Positions 18,635-28,900 of a stretch of 60,892 nt of DNA are shown piece after piece. The translations under genes were made by a program, and so were the position numbers. Each line of letters opens with the position of its first letter. Position 1 is the first letter of the stretch. Under the pieces are notes generated by a model. The model saw nothing but the letters and a program-made list of their open reading frames with translations. It ran no database searches and was not told where the DNA came from. The DNA lies in the IMG/VR virus record IMGVR_UViG_3300005529_000040, positions 1 to 60,892 of that record. One strand, written 5' to 3'. This DNA comes from a virus (lineage: Duplodnaviria; Caudoviricetes).

Positions 18635-19051
18635 ATGAAAGTTCAGGTCGACAAAGCGGTTCTCGCGGGATACCGGCGGCGCGCGCTGCGTCGGTTTCCC
18701 AACGAATACATGGAAACGATCTGGGGCAAGGTGTCAAAAGAGGCCATTCAGATTTGTGCGTTTTACCCGATCGACCATAAAGGGCAGCAAGAGTGGCTCG
18801 AATACGAGCCTGCGGACGTGGAAGATCAGAAAGAGCGCCAGGACGGACCGGATCATCCGAAGCTTCAGTATTTAGGCAGCATTCATTCTCATCCTGACGC
18901 AGATGGAGAACCGAGCGAAGCTGACTGGCAGAGTTCGCGACAAGACGGTGAGCGTGTCATGGGAATTTATCAAATCGTTCGCAATGGCGGACGCAAACGC
19001 GGCAAGGTTCGTTTCTATTCCGAACCTCTTCAAGAGTTAGAAATCACTTGA
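18635..19051 (+). CDS. JAB/MPN (Mov34) metalloprotease
   Basis: N-terminal PNE glutamate and HSHP....PS.AD JAMM motif. Confidence 0.85.
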   Translation: MKVQVDKAVLAGYRRRALRRFPNEYMETIWGKVSKEAIQICAFYPIDHKGQQEWLEYEPADVEDQKERQDGPDHPKLQYLGSIHSHPDADGEPSEADWQSSRQDGERVMGIYQIVRNGGRKRGKVRFYSEPLQELEIT

Positions 19052-19076
19052 AAAATCAGGCGAATTACCGTATAAT
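19048..19076 (+). promoter_or_regulatory. Sigma70-type promoter
   Basis: TTGAAA, 17 bp spacer, TATAAT; AATTAC context shared with the other promoters. Confidence 0.7.
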
Positions 19077-19090
19077 TACAAAATCAACCA

Positions 19091-19348
19091 ATGGCAAAAT
19101 TCAAGCTTAACGGAAAGCCTCTGTCAGAACAAATGTCCCAGCGCGGCCGTGTCATGGCCTTTGTGCAGAAACTTCCATACGGAATATTGACGTCGCGCGA
19201 GGAGCTCAGTCAGAAATTAAACATATCGAAGGAAAGCAGCGCATTTATGCGTCTTCCTCAAGACGTTCGCTTTCGTCTTCCAGATCGTCGGGCCGTGTAC
19301 GGAAACGCAAGAACCATACGTGATCTCAAGAAAGAGTTCTCCAAATGA
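19091..19348 (+). CDS. Hypothetical basic protein (possible wHTH)
   Basis: Follows the promoter; ATGA overlap with the next gene. Confidence 0.6.
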   Translation: MAKFKLNGKPLSEQMSQRGRVMAFVQKLPYGILTSREELSQKLNISKESSAFMRLPQDVRFRLPDRRAVYGNARTIRDLKKEFSK

Positions 19349-20436
19349 AAATTTCCGATGTAGTAAAAGAACAGCGTGACAAAAGCACTCCTCTTAGTGA
19401 TCGCGAAAAGTTTTTGACGAAAGAAAATACCTCTCTCAAAAATCAAATCTTGCGTTTGCAGGAAACCTCAGGCTTTCAGCAAATTCTCACTGAGAAAATT
19501 TTGAAGGCTGTAGAAGCCCTCTCTCCTCTTGAGCCGCGACCGTACAAAGTAGGCAAGAATGCTGAGGCTGAAATGGCCGCAGTTCTTCAGCTCAGTGATT
19601 GGCACATTGGTGAACAAATCAGCGCGCGAGAGACCGGCGGGTTCGGACTCTACAACTGGGCGATGGCGCAAGAGCGCGCAAATTACATCGTGACGAAATT
19701 CCTCAATTGGCTTGAATCACATCGCGCGAGTTTCAAGATTCCCAAAGTTTATATCTTCGGCCAGGCGGACTGGGTCAGTGGAGACATTCATAAGGAATTG
19801 CTCGTCACAAACGAGTTCCCATTGCCTGAACAGGCCGTGAGATCAGGGCAGCTCTTTGCACAAGTTATCGCGCGGATCGCGCCGCACGCTCCTGAACTAC
19901 ACGTCGTTGCGATTGAACCTGACAATCACGGCCGGTTGCAACCGAAGCCTCAGTTCAAGCAGAAGGCGCAGAACAACATGAGCTTCGTGACCTACGCAAT
20001 GGCAGAAGCTCTACTCAAAGAACATGGCAACATCAACTGGATCAACAATCATCGCATTCGTGAACTGGTCAACGTAGTCGGCCAGAAGTTCCTGGTGGAA
20101 CATGGCGACGTGATCAAGTCCTGGCAGGGTATTCCGTACATGGGCATGATGCGCCAGGCCGCGAAGGAAGCCAGCAAGCACATGCGCGCGATTCTCGAAC
20201 AACAGCGTCGGGAGCTGTCCCGTATGCATAACGAGTACGGATTCGACTACGTCGCGCTCGCCCATTTTCATGTTCCGAACGTGATCGACAATCAGATCCT
20301 CGTCAATGGTTCTCTGAGCGGCACAAGCGAGTTCGACGAAGGCGTCGGACGTTACGCGAAGCCCTCACAAGTCAGTTTCCTGGTTCATCCGAAGTACGGC
20401 TTCTTTGATTGGGTTCCGTGGTCAACGAAACGATAG
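19345..20436 (+). CDS. Calcineurin-like metallophosphoesterase
   Basis: LSDWHIG, GQAD..SG, DNH, EHGD, AHFH, VNGSL. Confidence 0.85.
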   Translation: MKISDVVKEQRDKSTPLSDREKFLTKENTSLKNQILRLQETSGFQQILTEKILKAVEALSPLEPRPYKVGKNAEAEMAAVLQLSDWHIGEQISARETGGFGLYNWAMAQERANYIVTKFLNWLESHRASFKIPKVYIFGQADWVSGDIHKELLVTNEFPLPEQAVRSGQLFAQVIARIAPHAPELHVVAIEPDNHGRLQPKPQFKQKAQNNMSFVTYAMAEALLKEHGNINWINNHRIRELVNVVGQKFLVEHGDVIKSWQGIPYMGMMRQAAKEASKHMRAILEQQRRELSRMHNEYGFDYVALAHFHVPNVIDNQILVNGSLSGTSEFDEGVGRYAKPSQVSFLVHPKYGFFDWVPWSTKR

Positions 20437-20849
20437 CGCTCTGCGGCCGCTGCAAGATTCGATCTAAACACCGTAAGCATTGGTGGTGTAAGGAATGCAG
20501 CCAGGCATACACGAAGGAATATAGACAGCGTCCTTCAGTTAAAGAACGCGTTCGTAAAGTGTGGAACGACTTTTATCAGCGTTTGAAGTTGGAGATTCTT
20601 CGGCACTATAGCAAGGCAGAAGTTCCCTTTTGTGCTTGCTGCAAAGAAACGACTCTAGGATTTTTGACCTTGGACCACATCAATCAGGATGGCGCTCAAC
20701 ATCGTCGTGCTCTTGGGCGTAGTGCTTATTTTATGTATCGCTGGATTCGCAAGCAAGGTTTTCCTGAAGGCTTTCAGGTTCTCTGTTTCAACTGTAACTG
20801 CGGCCGCGCGTTGAACAAAGGCGTGTGTCCTCATCAGGAGCAGTCATGA
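20409..20849 (+). CDS. HNH endonuclease (same family as 6783-7127)
   Basis: CACC...LTLDHINQDGAQHRR...FQVLCFNCN. Confidence 0.85.
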   Translation: MGSVVNETIALCGRCKIRSKHRKHWWCKECSQAYTKEYRQRPSVKERVRKVWNDFYQRLKLEILRHYSKAEVPFCACCKETTLGFLTLDHINQDGAQHRRALGRSAYFMYRWIRKQGFPEGFQVLCFNCNCGRALNKGVCPHQEQS

Positions 20850-21097
20850 GTGCTCGTGTTTACGAAGTCACAATTGTGCGCGATCTCAAGCGCCCTTATA
20901 AGCCAGTCCACCTTGGAGGCTTCCTGCGCTGGATCATGCAGCATCCTGACGCCAGCCGACATGGGCTCGGACGTAAGACTCCGCGTCGCGGCTGGAAGCA
21001 ACACTTCGCGAAGTATCCGCAGCGTGGTCTGGCGTTTGCCCTCCGGCTACGCAATGCCATTCTTGCAGCACGAAAGGCGGCGCGTGAAAAAGCTTAA
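20846..21097 (+). CDS. Hypothetical basic protein
   Basis: AGGAG RBS; ATGA overlap. Confidence 0.55.
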   Translation: MSARVYEVTIVRDLKRPYKPVHLGGFLRWIMQHPDASRHGLGRKTPRRGWKQHFAKYPQRGLAFALRLRNAILAARKAAREKA

Positions 21098-21713
21098 CGG
21101 TCCGACAGTCTTCTTCGTTCGTCACGGAGAGACTGTCATGAACAAAGAAAATTTGCTGCGCGGTCATGACAACCCTTCGCTCGATCGGAATGGCATCGAG
21201 GAGGCAAAGAAGTCTGCACAGACGCTGAGCGCTTACCCGCTTTATCACATCTATGCGTCGGACCTGCAGCGCACGCGACAGACCGCACACATCATTGGAG
21301 TCAAGACGAATACTGCGGTCACTCATGTTGGTGCGCTGCGGCCGTGGGATTACGGCAAGTTGACCGGGAAGCCGGTGAACGCCGAGACGTTAGCGACGCT
21401 TCAACACTATCAGGATCATCCTGACGAGAAGGTCCCCGGCGGCGAAAGCTACAACTCTTTTCTCAAGCGCTATTTCGTGCCTGTGCAGGCTGCGCGTTCC
21501 TGGTCCCTGAAGCATCCAGACAAAGCGATTGTGCTTGTGACGCACTCGCGCAATTTGTATCCGCTTCGGCGTCTTCTCGGCGAGAAAGATGCGCCGATTC
21601 CAGTGCATGAGACGAAGGGCAGTTCTGCCGGCATGCCTGGCGAAGAGTCCCCTGGTTCAGTTTGGAAGGTTGAGTTCAGTCCGGATGGTCAATTCGATAT
21701 TTCAAAGGCGTAA
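21084..21713 (+). CDS. Histidine phosphatase (PGM-like)
   Basis: VRHGET, SDLQRTRQTA, PGGES, LVTH. Confidence 0.92.
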   Translation: MKKLNGPTVFFVRHGETVMNKENLLRGHDNPSLDRNGIEEAKKSAQTLSAYPLYHIYASDLQRTRQTAHIIGVKTNTAVTHVGALRPWDYGKLTGKPVNAETLATLQHYQDHPDEKVPGGESYNSFLKRYFVPVQAARSWSLKHPDKAIVLVTHSRNLYPLRRLLGEKDAPIPVHETKGSSAGMPGEESPGSVWKVEFSPDGQFDISKA

Positions 21714-21723
21714 AGGATAACCC

Positions 21724-22239
21724 ATGAAGAAAATTTACTTAGCCGGTCCGATTAGCGGTTTGACGTACGAAGGTGCTCAGGACTGGCGTGACTATTTCAG
21801 CAGCAAGATCAGCCCTGAGATTCAGTGCTATTCCCCTCTCCGAGGAAAGCAGTATTTGAAAATGCGGGGACCTCTCGAGGGATCGTACGACGAATTCCCT
21901 TTGTCAACTGACACCGGCATTACGACGCGTGATCGGTATGACTGCATGGGCGCCGATGTCGTCGTCTTCAATCTACTCGGAGCCGAGCGGATCTCGATCG
22001 GCACCATGATCGAGTTGGGCTGGGCAGACGCCGCGCGAAATCCCGCCATCTTGATCATGGAAAAAGAAGGGAATCCACACGAGCACCCGATGCTCCGTCA
22101 GACGACACACTTTCGCGTGAGCAGCCTTGATGACGCGATCGCCTTGGCAGAGATCATTCTGCTGCCTTCCTCGAATGCAATCAACAAGCGTGTGGAGAGC
22201 GTCAGTGCAACGGAATCTGGAACGCGAACTGTGGCTTAG
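21724..22239 (+). CDS. Nucleoside 2-deoxyribosyltransferase / nucleotide N-hydrolase-like protein
   Basis: IYLAGP, RD...AD, SIGTMIELGWA. Confidence 0.85.
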   Translation: MKKIYLAGPISGLTYEGAQDWRDYFSSKISPEIQCYSPLRGKQYLKMRGPLEGSYDEFPLSTDTGITTRDRYDCMGADVVVFNLLGAERISIGTMIELGWADAARNPAILIMEKEGNPHEHPMLRQTTHFRVSSLDDAIALAEIILLPSSNAINKRVESVSATESGTRTVA

Positions 22240-22477
22240 GGTCATCCGGTTCGCGCAAGAGGAAGCGGCCGGGCGACACACTTCGGGAACTCAGCAGAGA
22301 ACGACGATGCGCCGCGCGCGCCGCTGGCTGACGACCCGCAACAAAAATTTTGTTCTCGTCTGCAAAATGGCAGGCCTCAACGACGTGCAGATCAACACGA
22401 TCGTGAAAATGGCCTGCGAAGCTCAAGCTACGAGGCCGTTGCCTGAGGCAACTTGGCTACATCAAAAGGAAAATTAA
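22127..22477 (+). CDS. Hypothetical protein (start uncertain)
   Basis: LWLRVI...ARRWL....F..VC.MAGL pattern. Confidence 0.5.
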   Translation: MMTRSPWQRSFCCLPRMQSTSVWRASVQRNLERELWLRVIRFAQEEAAGRHTSGTQQRTTMRRARRWLTTRNKNFVLVCKMAGLNDVQINTIVKMACEAQATRPLPEATWLHQKEN

Positions 22478-22479
22478 AT

Positions 22480-22854
22480 ATGAGTGAAGTTCAGAACAAC
22501 CAGAAAGATGTACGTCTGTTGGGTCCAGGTGGTGCGCCAACGCGAGCGACAACACTTCCGACTGATCCAGCCGAAAGAAAAACTTATCCCATTGCAAGCG
22601 GTTTGATGGACTATTTCCCTGACGCACTCGTGGCAATCTCGCACATTTCGTTTCAGGGAGGTAAACAACACAACCCAGGGAAGCCTCTTTTCTGGGATCG
22701 CAGCAAATCCTCGGATGAGGCCGATACCATGCAGCGCCATTTCTTGCAGCGCGGAACTCTGGATACTGATGGTGTGCGCCACACCGCAAAGATGGCCTGG
22801 CGCGCGCTCGCGCTCTTGCAAAAAGAGCTTGAGGCTGAACAGCAAGCCCGTTAG
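22480..22854 (+). CDS. dATP/dGTP diphosphohydrolase-like protein (DUF5664)
   Basis: YFPDAL..IS.IS..G..QH, W, RH, D.DG.RH.AKMAWRAL. Confidence 0.7.
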   Translation: MSEVQNNQKDVRLLGPGGAPTRATTLPTDPAERKTYPIASGLMDYFPDALVAISHISFQGGKQHNPGKPLFWDRSKSSDEADTMQRHFLQRGTLDTDGVRHTAKMAWRALALLQKELEAEQQAR

Positions 22855-23147
22855 CTATTGTCGGATTTCGTGTCCTGGCCGCGGATCGCAGCGACCGCTG
22901 CGCGGAGCTGGTTGACTCCGTACGGTGACACTGCGAATGCGGCCAAAGCAAGAATGATCTGTGGTAGCCCCGACACCCAAGCAGAGATCTTAACCGGATC
23001 CTGCAATGACATGGCGTGACGAATACACCACCAAACTAATGCCATGCTCGAGACACTCAGCCACGCCGAAATGATTCTGCTGGACGACGGTGAGCCGTTC
23101 TCACTGAACGCTTGAAACACAAACTGTTTTGCTTCTGACCAGTTCAT
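22851..23147 (-). CDS. Holin-like membrane protein
   Basis: Two TM helices with SSSR motif; end of the lysis cassette. Confidence 0.55.
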   Translation of the reverse strand: MNWSEAKQFVFQAFSENGSPSSSRIISAWLSVSSMALVWWCIRHAMSLQDPVKISAWVSGLPQIILALAAFAVSPYGVNQLRAAVAAIRGQDTKSDNS

Positions 23148-23178
23148 ACGAATTCCGGCCGCGGGATTTTGGTCGCTG

Positions 23179-23781
23179 TCATAAATGAGCGCCCAATGCA
23201 AGGCCTATTCCAACGCCCACTCCGACCTGCTTTATCGTTGATCCAATTTGATGCCAAAACCCAGGCTTCTTTTTCAATACAACAATCTCGCTGTCCTTCG
23301 CAGCCAACTGTGCATCCTTCTGTGCAGCTATTTGCTGTTCAGCGGAGTAGTCCGTTTGGCACTGCGCGAGTTTCGTCTGTGCTACTTTACCGTCCGCCAA
23401 ATCTTGAAACAGTGGCAGAACGTCTTCCTTTGGAAACGTAACGGAATCGTCAGTCTGCACAGTGACGGGGGTCGGCAGATTGGGAGTTACGGTTGGTAGC
23501 TGCTGAGCGGCTTGCTGTGTCGTCTTCACCTGTGCGATCGTCTTCTCGAGGGTGTCGATCTCTTTCTGAGCCTTTGCGTCGTTTGTGCTGATCTGCGTTT
23601 GCAAGTTTTCGATCGTACTCTGGGCAACATTTACCTGCGCTTCGGCGATCTTCACTTGCTGTGCAGCTTGCAGCCGCGCATCATGCTCAGCCAACCAGGA
23701 ATGAAACGCGATCATACCAACGGCAATCAGCACAAGATAGAAAAAGTGCGTCTTGGCGTAAGTTTCTAACCAGGAAATCAT
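23179..23781 (-). CDS. Spanin-like membrane-anchored coiled-coil protein
   Basis: N-terminal TM, long coiled coil, hydrophobic C-terminus; follows the lysin. Confidence 0.55.
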   Translation of the reverse strand: MISWLETYAKTHFFYLVLIAVGMIAFHSWLAEHDARLQAAQQVKIAEAQVNVAQSTIENLQTQISTNDAKAQKEIDTLEKTIAQVKTTQQAAQQLPTVTPNLPTPVTVQTDDSVTFPKEDVLPLFQDLADGKVAQTKLAQCQTDYSAEQQIAAQKDAQLAAKDSEIVVLKKKPGFWHQIGSTIKQVGVGVGIGLALGAHL

Positions 23782-24140
23782 TCAATCACCTCAAGCTCTC
23801 GATCAAGGCCGGCGTCAATGCTTTCGCGAATGTCGTGCGGCATGATAATGCATCCTTCGCTGGAGTGTTCTGGATCCGATGCGGATGCGCCGTGAATGCG
23901 AAAATCTCCGCGGCCACACATTTCATTGCTTGACGCCGGCGTGAGATTCATCGTGATCGGACCAAGCTTCGGGTGATGGTATGCGGGTCCGATCGCATAT
24001 TTGCCGCGTGGCAAGGGCCCAACATTCTTTTCGCACTGTCCGTTCGGATCGTTCTTGTGCGGAGGCTGCCCGGCCCAGCCGGTTGCGGTTAGCGCTCCGT
24101 CATGAAAGAGTTTTCCTGTTGACTGTTGAAAGGTGTACAT
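23778..24140 (-). CDS. Tlde1/DUF2778 L,D-transpeptidase-fold protein, putative endolysin
   Basis: Y.QSTG, GPLPRGKY.I, GRGDFRIHG...SEGCI. Confidence 0.8.
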   Translation of the reverse strand: MYTFQQSTGKLFHDGALTATGWAGQPPHKNDPNGQCEKNVGPLPRGKYAIGPAYHHPKLGPITMNLTPASSNEMCGRGDFRIHGASASDPEHSSEGCIIMPHDIRESIDAGLDRELEVIE

Positions 24141-24153
24141 GAGACCACCTGAT

Positions 24154-24573
24154 TTACATCGCAAAGCTGATTGATAAACCCGTTCCGCCCGCCAACGTGC
24201 CGCTTACCCAGCCCGCGGTGAGATATTTCACGGATGCTGGGAATCCGATCGGCGACGTAGTTTCTCCAGCGCCGGGCGTGAAAATGGCACCAACTGTTCC
24301 GGACGTAATTGTCAGCGTTCCGATTACGTAAAAATTGACCCCGTCCAGCGACCCGTAAATATTGATTTTAATGCTGGTTGCTGTGCCTCCTCCGAGGTCT
24401 ACTTGAAAAGCGGAATAGGTTGGCAGCTGCCCACGCGCGACGGTGGGGACGATCGAATAAACCTTTGCGTTCGCCGGCGCCGTGGTGCCGCTCACGTCGT
24501 TTCCGCCACCCGCCGTAGTAATGTTTTGCAGGATAAAGGCCTGGGACCCACGTTCGTACGCCACTGCTGCCAT
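24154..24573 (-). CDS. Putative virion protein
   Basis: Beta-rich, GSLDGVNF motif; late arm. Confidence 0.55.
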   Translation of the reverse strand: MAAVAYERGSQAFILQNITTAGGGNDVSGTTAPANAKVYSIVPTVARGQLPTYSAFQVDLGGGTATSIKINIYGSLDGVNFYVIGTLTITSGTVGAIFTPGAGETTSPIGFPASVKYLTAGWVSGTLAGGTGLSISFAM

Positions 24574-24581
24574 AATTGCTC

Positions 24582-24896
24582 CTATTTAATTTTAGCGCGT
24601 TTTCTCGGCTCCGTTTTACTCTGGTTCAGGTTGAAAGAAATCTCCTGGAGCAAGACTGTCTGCTGCTGCAGATTTTCAGTCTGCACAGACTGGGCGTCAA
24701 CGAGCTGCCCTTGCGCCGACACGATTGACTCAAGCGACTGCTGCATGTGGGCCATGTGATTGTGCAGAAGTGTATTGGCCCATTTACTGATCTTCTTTTG
24801 AACCCACGCGAAGGCTGCGAGAAGAGCGCTGGTAAAGCCTATGATTGGGGACCAGGGCTTTAAGAAATCGCTGATGTGATGAAGAGTGATCTGCAT
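24582..24896 (-). CDS. Single-TM coiled-coil protein (holin/antiholin-like)
   Basis: TM followed by NH..H coiled coil. Confidence 0.5.
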   Translation of the reverse strand: MQITLHHISDFLKPWSPIIGFTSALLAAFAWVQKKISKWANTLLHNHMAHMQQSLESIVSAQGQLVDAQSVQTENLQQQTVLLQEISFNLNQSKTEPRKRAKIK

Positions 24897-24899
24897 AAA

Positions 24900-25967
24900 C
24901 TATGGCTCGAAAAAGAACGCAGGAACAGCTGCCGCAGCCGCGGAAGTCTGGGTCAGGGTGGTGAGCGCGCCCAGGGTTGCTGGCATGCTTCCCCCGGCAA
25001 TGTGATTTGCGGCAGACGCAACCCTCGGAGTGATTTGCTGAATGATATTTGCGTTAGATGTTCCGCTGTCGAAATAATTAGCTTCCGGTCCAGCAAACGC
25101 CCAGTATGCAATAGCTCCGCTTGGGTCATCAGTGCCGACAGCAAGATAGTAGGTCCCTGGGTTCAATTGCAAAGCTGGGATCGTGAAGTTACGAGAGGCA
25201 GTTCCGTTCGGGATGGTCAGAACTGTTTGCCAAACACGATTCTTGTTCGAGTCGTATATGCCGATATACAGGTTGCCATTCCCAGCAACAGAGTTTTGTC
25301 CGTTCAGTGAAATGTGTCCAAAGGAAACAGTAGGCACAGCTAGGAAAAATTCCCACACCACGACGTTGTTCTGTCCGTTTGTCTGGCCTCCTAAGCTTCC
25401 TTGCGGAGCTGCGTGGAGGTCTAAAATGCCAGGGCCGATCATGTGCGGCGCGGTTCCGATCGAAGCGCTTGAACTGAAAGAGATGTTGCCTGCGCCATCG
25501 TCAGTGATCGTAATTCCCGAGCCTCCGACCTGATTCAGTTTTGACTGAGAGCCGTTGTTTGTTCCATTCGTCTGCAGTAGAAGCGTAGAAATTCCGCTGA
25601 CGCCCGGCGGCACTGGAGGAGGATTTAGTTGGGACGCTGTGTCAAGATTCAGCGATGCGCCCACGATTGAATAATTCGCCTGGCTGGTGATCCGACCTTG
25701 ATTCCAATACTCGACGGTATAATAAGTCGACGGCGGGTTACTCGTTCCGCCTGGATCGATGTTGTCGTTGCCCCAAATCGGCGTCGAAATATTTCCGCTT
25801 GAGTCCGGCGCGACGTCGATCTGAGTTTCGACGATGATCGTAGTTCCGATCACGCGTGGGACGAAGCCGGAAAAGTTTCGAAGACGAAAACGAACGAAAG
25901 CGTTGCCTTGCAGGTTAGCCCCTGTTGCGTCTTCGAACTTACACGTTACTGTACAAGGCGAAGGCAT
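24900..25967 (-). CDS. Tail fibre/spike-like protein
   Basis: N-terminal attachment-like domain, GGSGITIT repeat, beta-rich C-terminal domain. Confidence 0.6.
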   Translation of the reverse strand: MPSPCTVTCKFEDATGANLQGNAFVRFRLRNFSGFVPRVIGTTIIVETQIDVAPDSSGNISTPIWGNDNIDPGGTSNPPSTYYTVEYWNQGRITSQANYSIVGASLNLDTASQLNPPPVPPGVSGISTLLLQTNGTNNGSQSKLNQVGGSGITITDDGAGNISFSSSASIGTAPHMIGPGILDLHAAPQGSLGGQTNGQNNVVVWEFFLAVPTVSFGHISLNGQNSVAGNGNLYIGIYDSNKNRVWQTVLTIPNGTASRNFTIPALQLNPGTYYLAVGTDDPSGAIAYWAFAGPEANYFDSGTSNANIIQQITPRVASAANHIAGGSMPATLGALTTLTQTSAAAAAVPAFFFEP

Positions 25968-25977
25968 ATAATTATCA

Positions 25978-28900
25978 CTATTTTACCCTTCCTGCTTTGA
26001 CAGCATCAGCGAGAGGTCCGCCAAACGAGAACGACGTGTCCCCATCTTCAGGGGAGCCCAGATCTAATTCGCTTTGGGCCGGCGGGCGCCGGTAGTCGGT
26101 GAATCCTTCGAGGCCGCGCTGGGCTTTGCCGATTCTTGCTGCATTCCGTCTAAGACTTCGAGCAAGAGCTTCTTGGTCCGCTCCTTTGATGGCTTCGCCG
26201 GCGGGCTTTGGCGTGACGTTTTTGAGTCTTTTGTCGAGCTCATTGAGATCCACTCCTAATTCAGACAGCTTGCCACGAACTTCGGGATCTGTCCTCATGA
26301 TATCAGCAAAGTCATTGCTGTACGCCTTCATCTTGTCCGGCGTCAACCGTTCCAACATGTCTGTCGGACGATAATACGTTCCTCCCGAGCTTTTCCATCC
26401 AGACATCTCCGCGAGCGTTTTCGTAAACGTCCAGATCGCGGCTTGAGCTTCCGCAGGTTCCCATCCCAACTTCTGTGCAGCTTGACGGGTACGCAACGCG
26501 AGCGCGTGATAGAACTGCGGCTTGGCCATCTGCTTTTCATTCACACCAGCGAAGTTACCCATCCACGAATCAAGCGTGACATTGCCAAACGTGTTGCTCA
26601 GGTTCTTTCCAAAGTTCCCTACCTTGAAATTCCTATTGCGATCTTCCAAAATGTCCTGGTCGTTTAGCGCGCGCACTAAGTTCGGCAGCTTCGAAGGCTG
26701 ATTCGTCAACGGACGAATGTCTCCGTTTCGCATCGCTTTTTGAATCTCACTAATCGTTGTCGGCCGGCCGGCGTCGTGCCAATCCTTCCAGAAGGTCAGA
26801 GCTTCACGTAGGTTCAATGGGACACCCTGTTGCGGTGACGTTGCAGCAACGACATTCGCCCAACGATCAGCGTCTTCTGGCTGAAAGTAATCCGGTGCAA
26901 GCTTTCGCATCGCATCGAACGCGTCGATCGAACGCTGATACCATGTTTTGCCAACTGCGCCCTTGCGCGCCGCAGCTTCGAAATCGTGGACCTCAGGCAG
27001 CTTACGAAGAATTTGAGCGAACTGATTCCCCAGGCGTTTCGATGTAGCCTGTTCCCGTTCTTTATCTGTCAACAAGCTCAGCGGATCACCATTTGGAACC
27101 TTGCTCGCTTCCTCTCCAGGGAATGCCGCACCAGTAGTCTGCACAGAAGAGGACTCGGCCGGGCGTAGGTGCTGAATGCCGAGTTCTTTGGCGGCGTTTG
27201 AGAGGCTGTTCTGCATCGGGCCGTTCAAAACGCCGGCGTTCAAACGATATTGACCATCAGGCATCACCGTGACGTGCGCGCCCCCGGCCGGGGTTTCTTC
27301 AGGAGCAAAAGATTTGCCATGAAACGTGAGTTTTCCTGTTTTGTCGATCAGGAAATTGTTTCCAGGGCGATTGATCTCTTCTTCGCTGGCGACACCATTT
27401 CCAGCATGTCCGCCTTGCTGCATCAACTCTTGTTTGATTTCTTGTGATCGACGGAGAAAGTCGCTGGTGCTCGCATCCGGACCAAGCTCAGTTCGAGCGC
27501 GTTTCTGCGCTTCAGCATCGTGCTGTAGATTTCCCCAGGGGGAAGCGACATCGGTTCCTGTCTGTGCTGGCGCTTCGGCTGCAGCTCCTCCCAAACCTTT
27601 ACGCTGAACCGAGGCGCGCGCGAGACCAGCTTCGGCCGCTAACTTGCCGGCAGGAAGTTCTGCAGCTTTGTTTGGTGCCCCGACGAGCTGAGTCTGTTGT
27701 CCATCGAAAAAGAAGTTGATGCCAGTCCCTGGTGCTGTGTATCCATCGTAGCCAGCATCTCGAATCGCGAGTTCTTTTGCGTTGGTTGCGGCGTACTGAG
27801 CGATCGTGTCGTTTCCTGTTTTGTTGAATGCGTCCTGGTAAACACTCTGGGCCGCATCATTCCATTTCGGATCTGTGATGTCAGCCAGCGCAAAATTTCC
27901 GCGAACCTCATGCGAATACTTACGCCCAGCGATCGCGGGCTCTGGACGTGTGCCGGCGGAATACGCATAGAACCCTGCCGGCGCATCTTGTCCAACGCCA
28001 AATTGAGTCCCAACATTCAGCCGAGCGCCCTCTTGTCCAACCGGCATGCCTGTCTCTTTTTGAGCAATACCCCGACGACGGCCATCGATGTAGTCCAACT
28101 TTTCGTTCGATAGGTGGTAACCGACGAACGGCTTCTTCGCAGGAGTGGCCGCGGCGAGAGCTTGTGCTCGAAAGTCGACTGAGAAAGGAGAGTGGACGGG
28201 TTCACCTGAACCTCCGGTCGGCAGCTCTTCACCACGACCCAAGTGATAAATGGCTTTCTGGTTCATCTGCTGTCCCATCTGCGCAGCAGCTTGTTTGTTC
28301 GGTGTAGTCGCCGTGATGTCGAGATAGTGCAGACCTGTCGGGTCGGCCCAGGTGCCAACCTGGAGATTCGGATTTCGAGCGAGCAGATCGCGATGTTGCG
28401 CGACAAAATCGTTGTACTGCTCTGGGGTGAACGGTTTGGTGGAAACGACGGTGTGTTCAGGAGCGACGCTCACCGCCCAGTTGTTACTCCCAGTCAAATT
28501 TTTGCCGGTGCGAGGATCGAAGGTAGATCCGCCTGCCGTTAGATGAGACTCGAGTGCGGCTTGACCGACAGCAGGATGCTCTCCGGCGAGACGGGCCTGA
28601 GGCTCATGAGCAGCGTACGCTATCGCAGTCTGTGCAGCGTCAGCGCCGGCGCCAGTAATCGCTCCTGCGTAATCACCTTGACGTAGTTGCTCTTCATACT
28701 TGGTTGGCTGAAAGCTGCTCAATGTTGAAACAGCACCCTTCGTTGCAGCGCGGCCCAGGTCCTTCAAACCAGCTTTCGTTCCGTACGTATGTTTGGCTGC
28801 ACCAAAGGCATCCTTCAAAACATCTGCCTGAGATCTGTTCTCGTCTTCAGACGTGGGAACGTACGTGTCGTCGCCTTGCCCAGGAAAGAGAGCGTTGTGA

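Noticed and set aside
14542-22854. 2-aminoadenine (dZ) pathway
   Set aside because: MazG, HD and DUF5664 genes are present, but there is no PurZ/PurA-like ORF.
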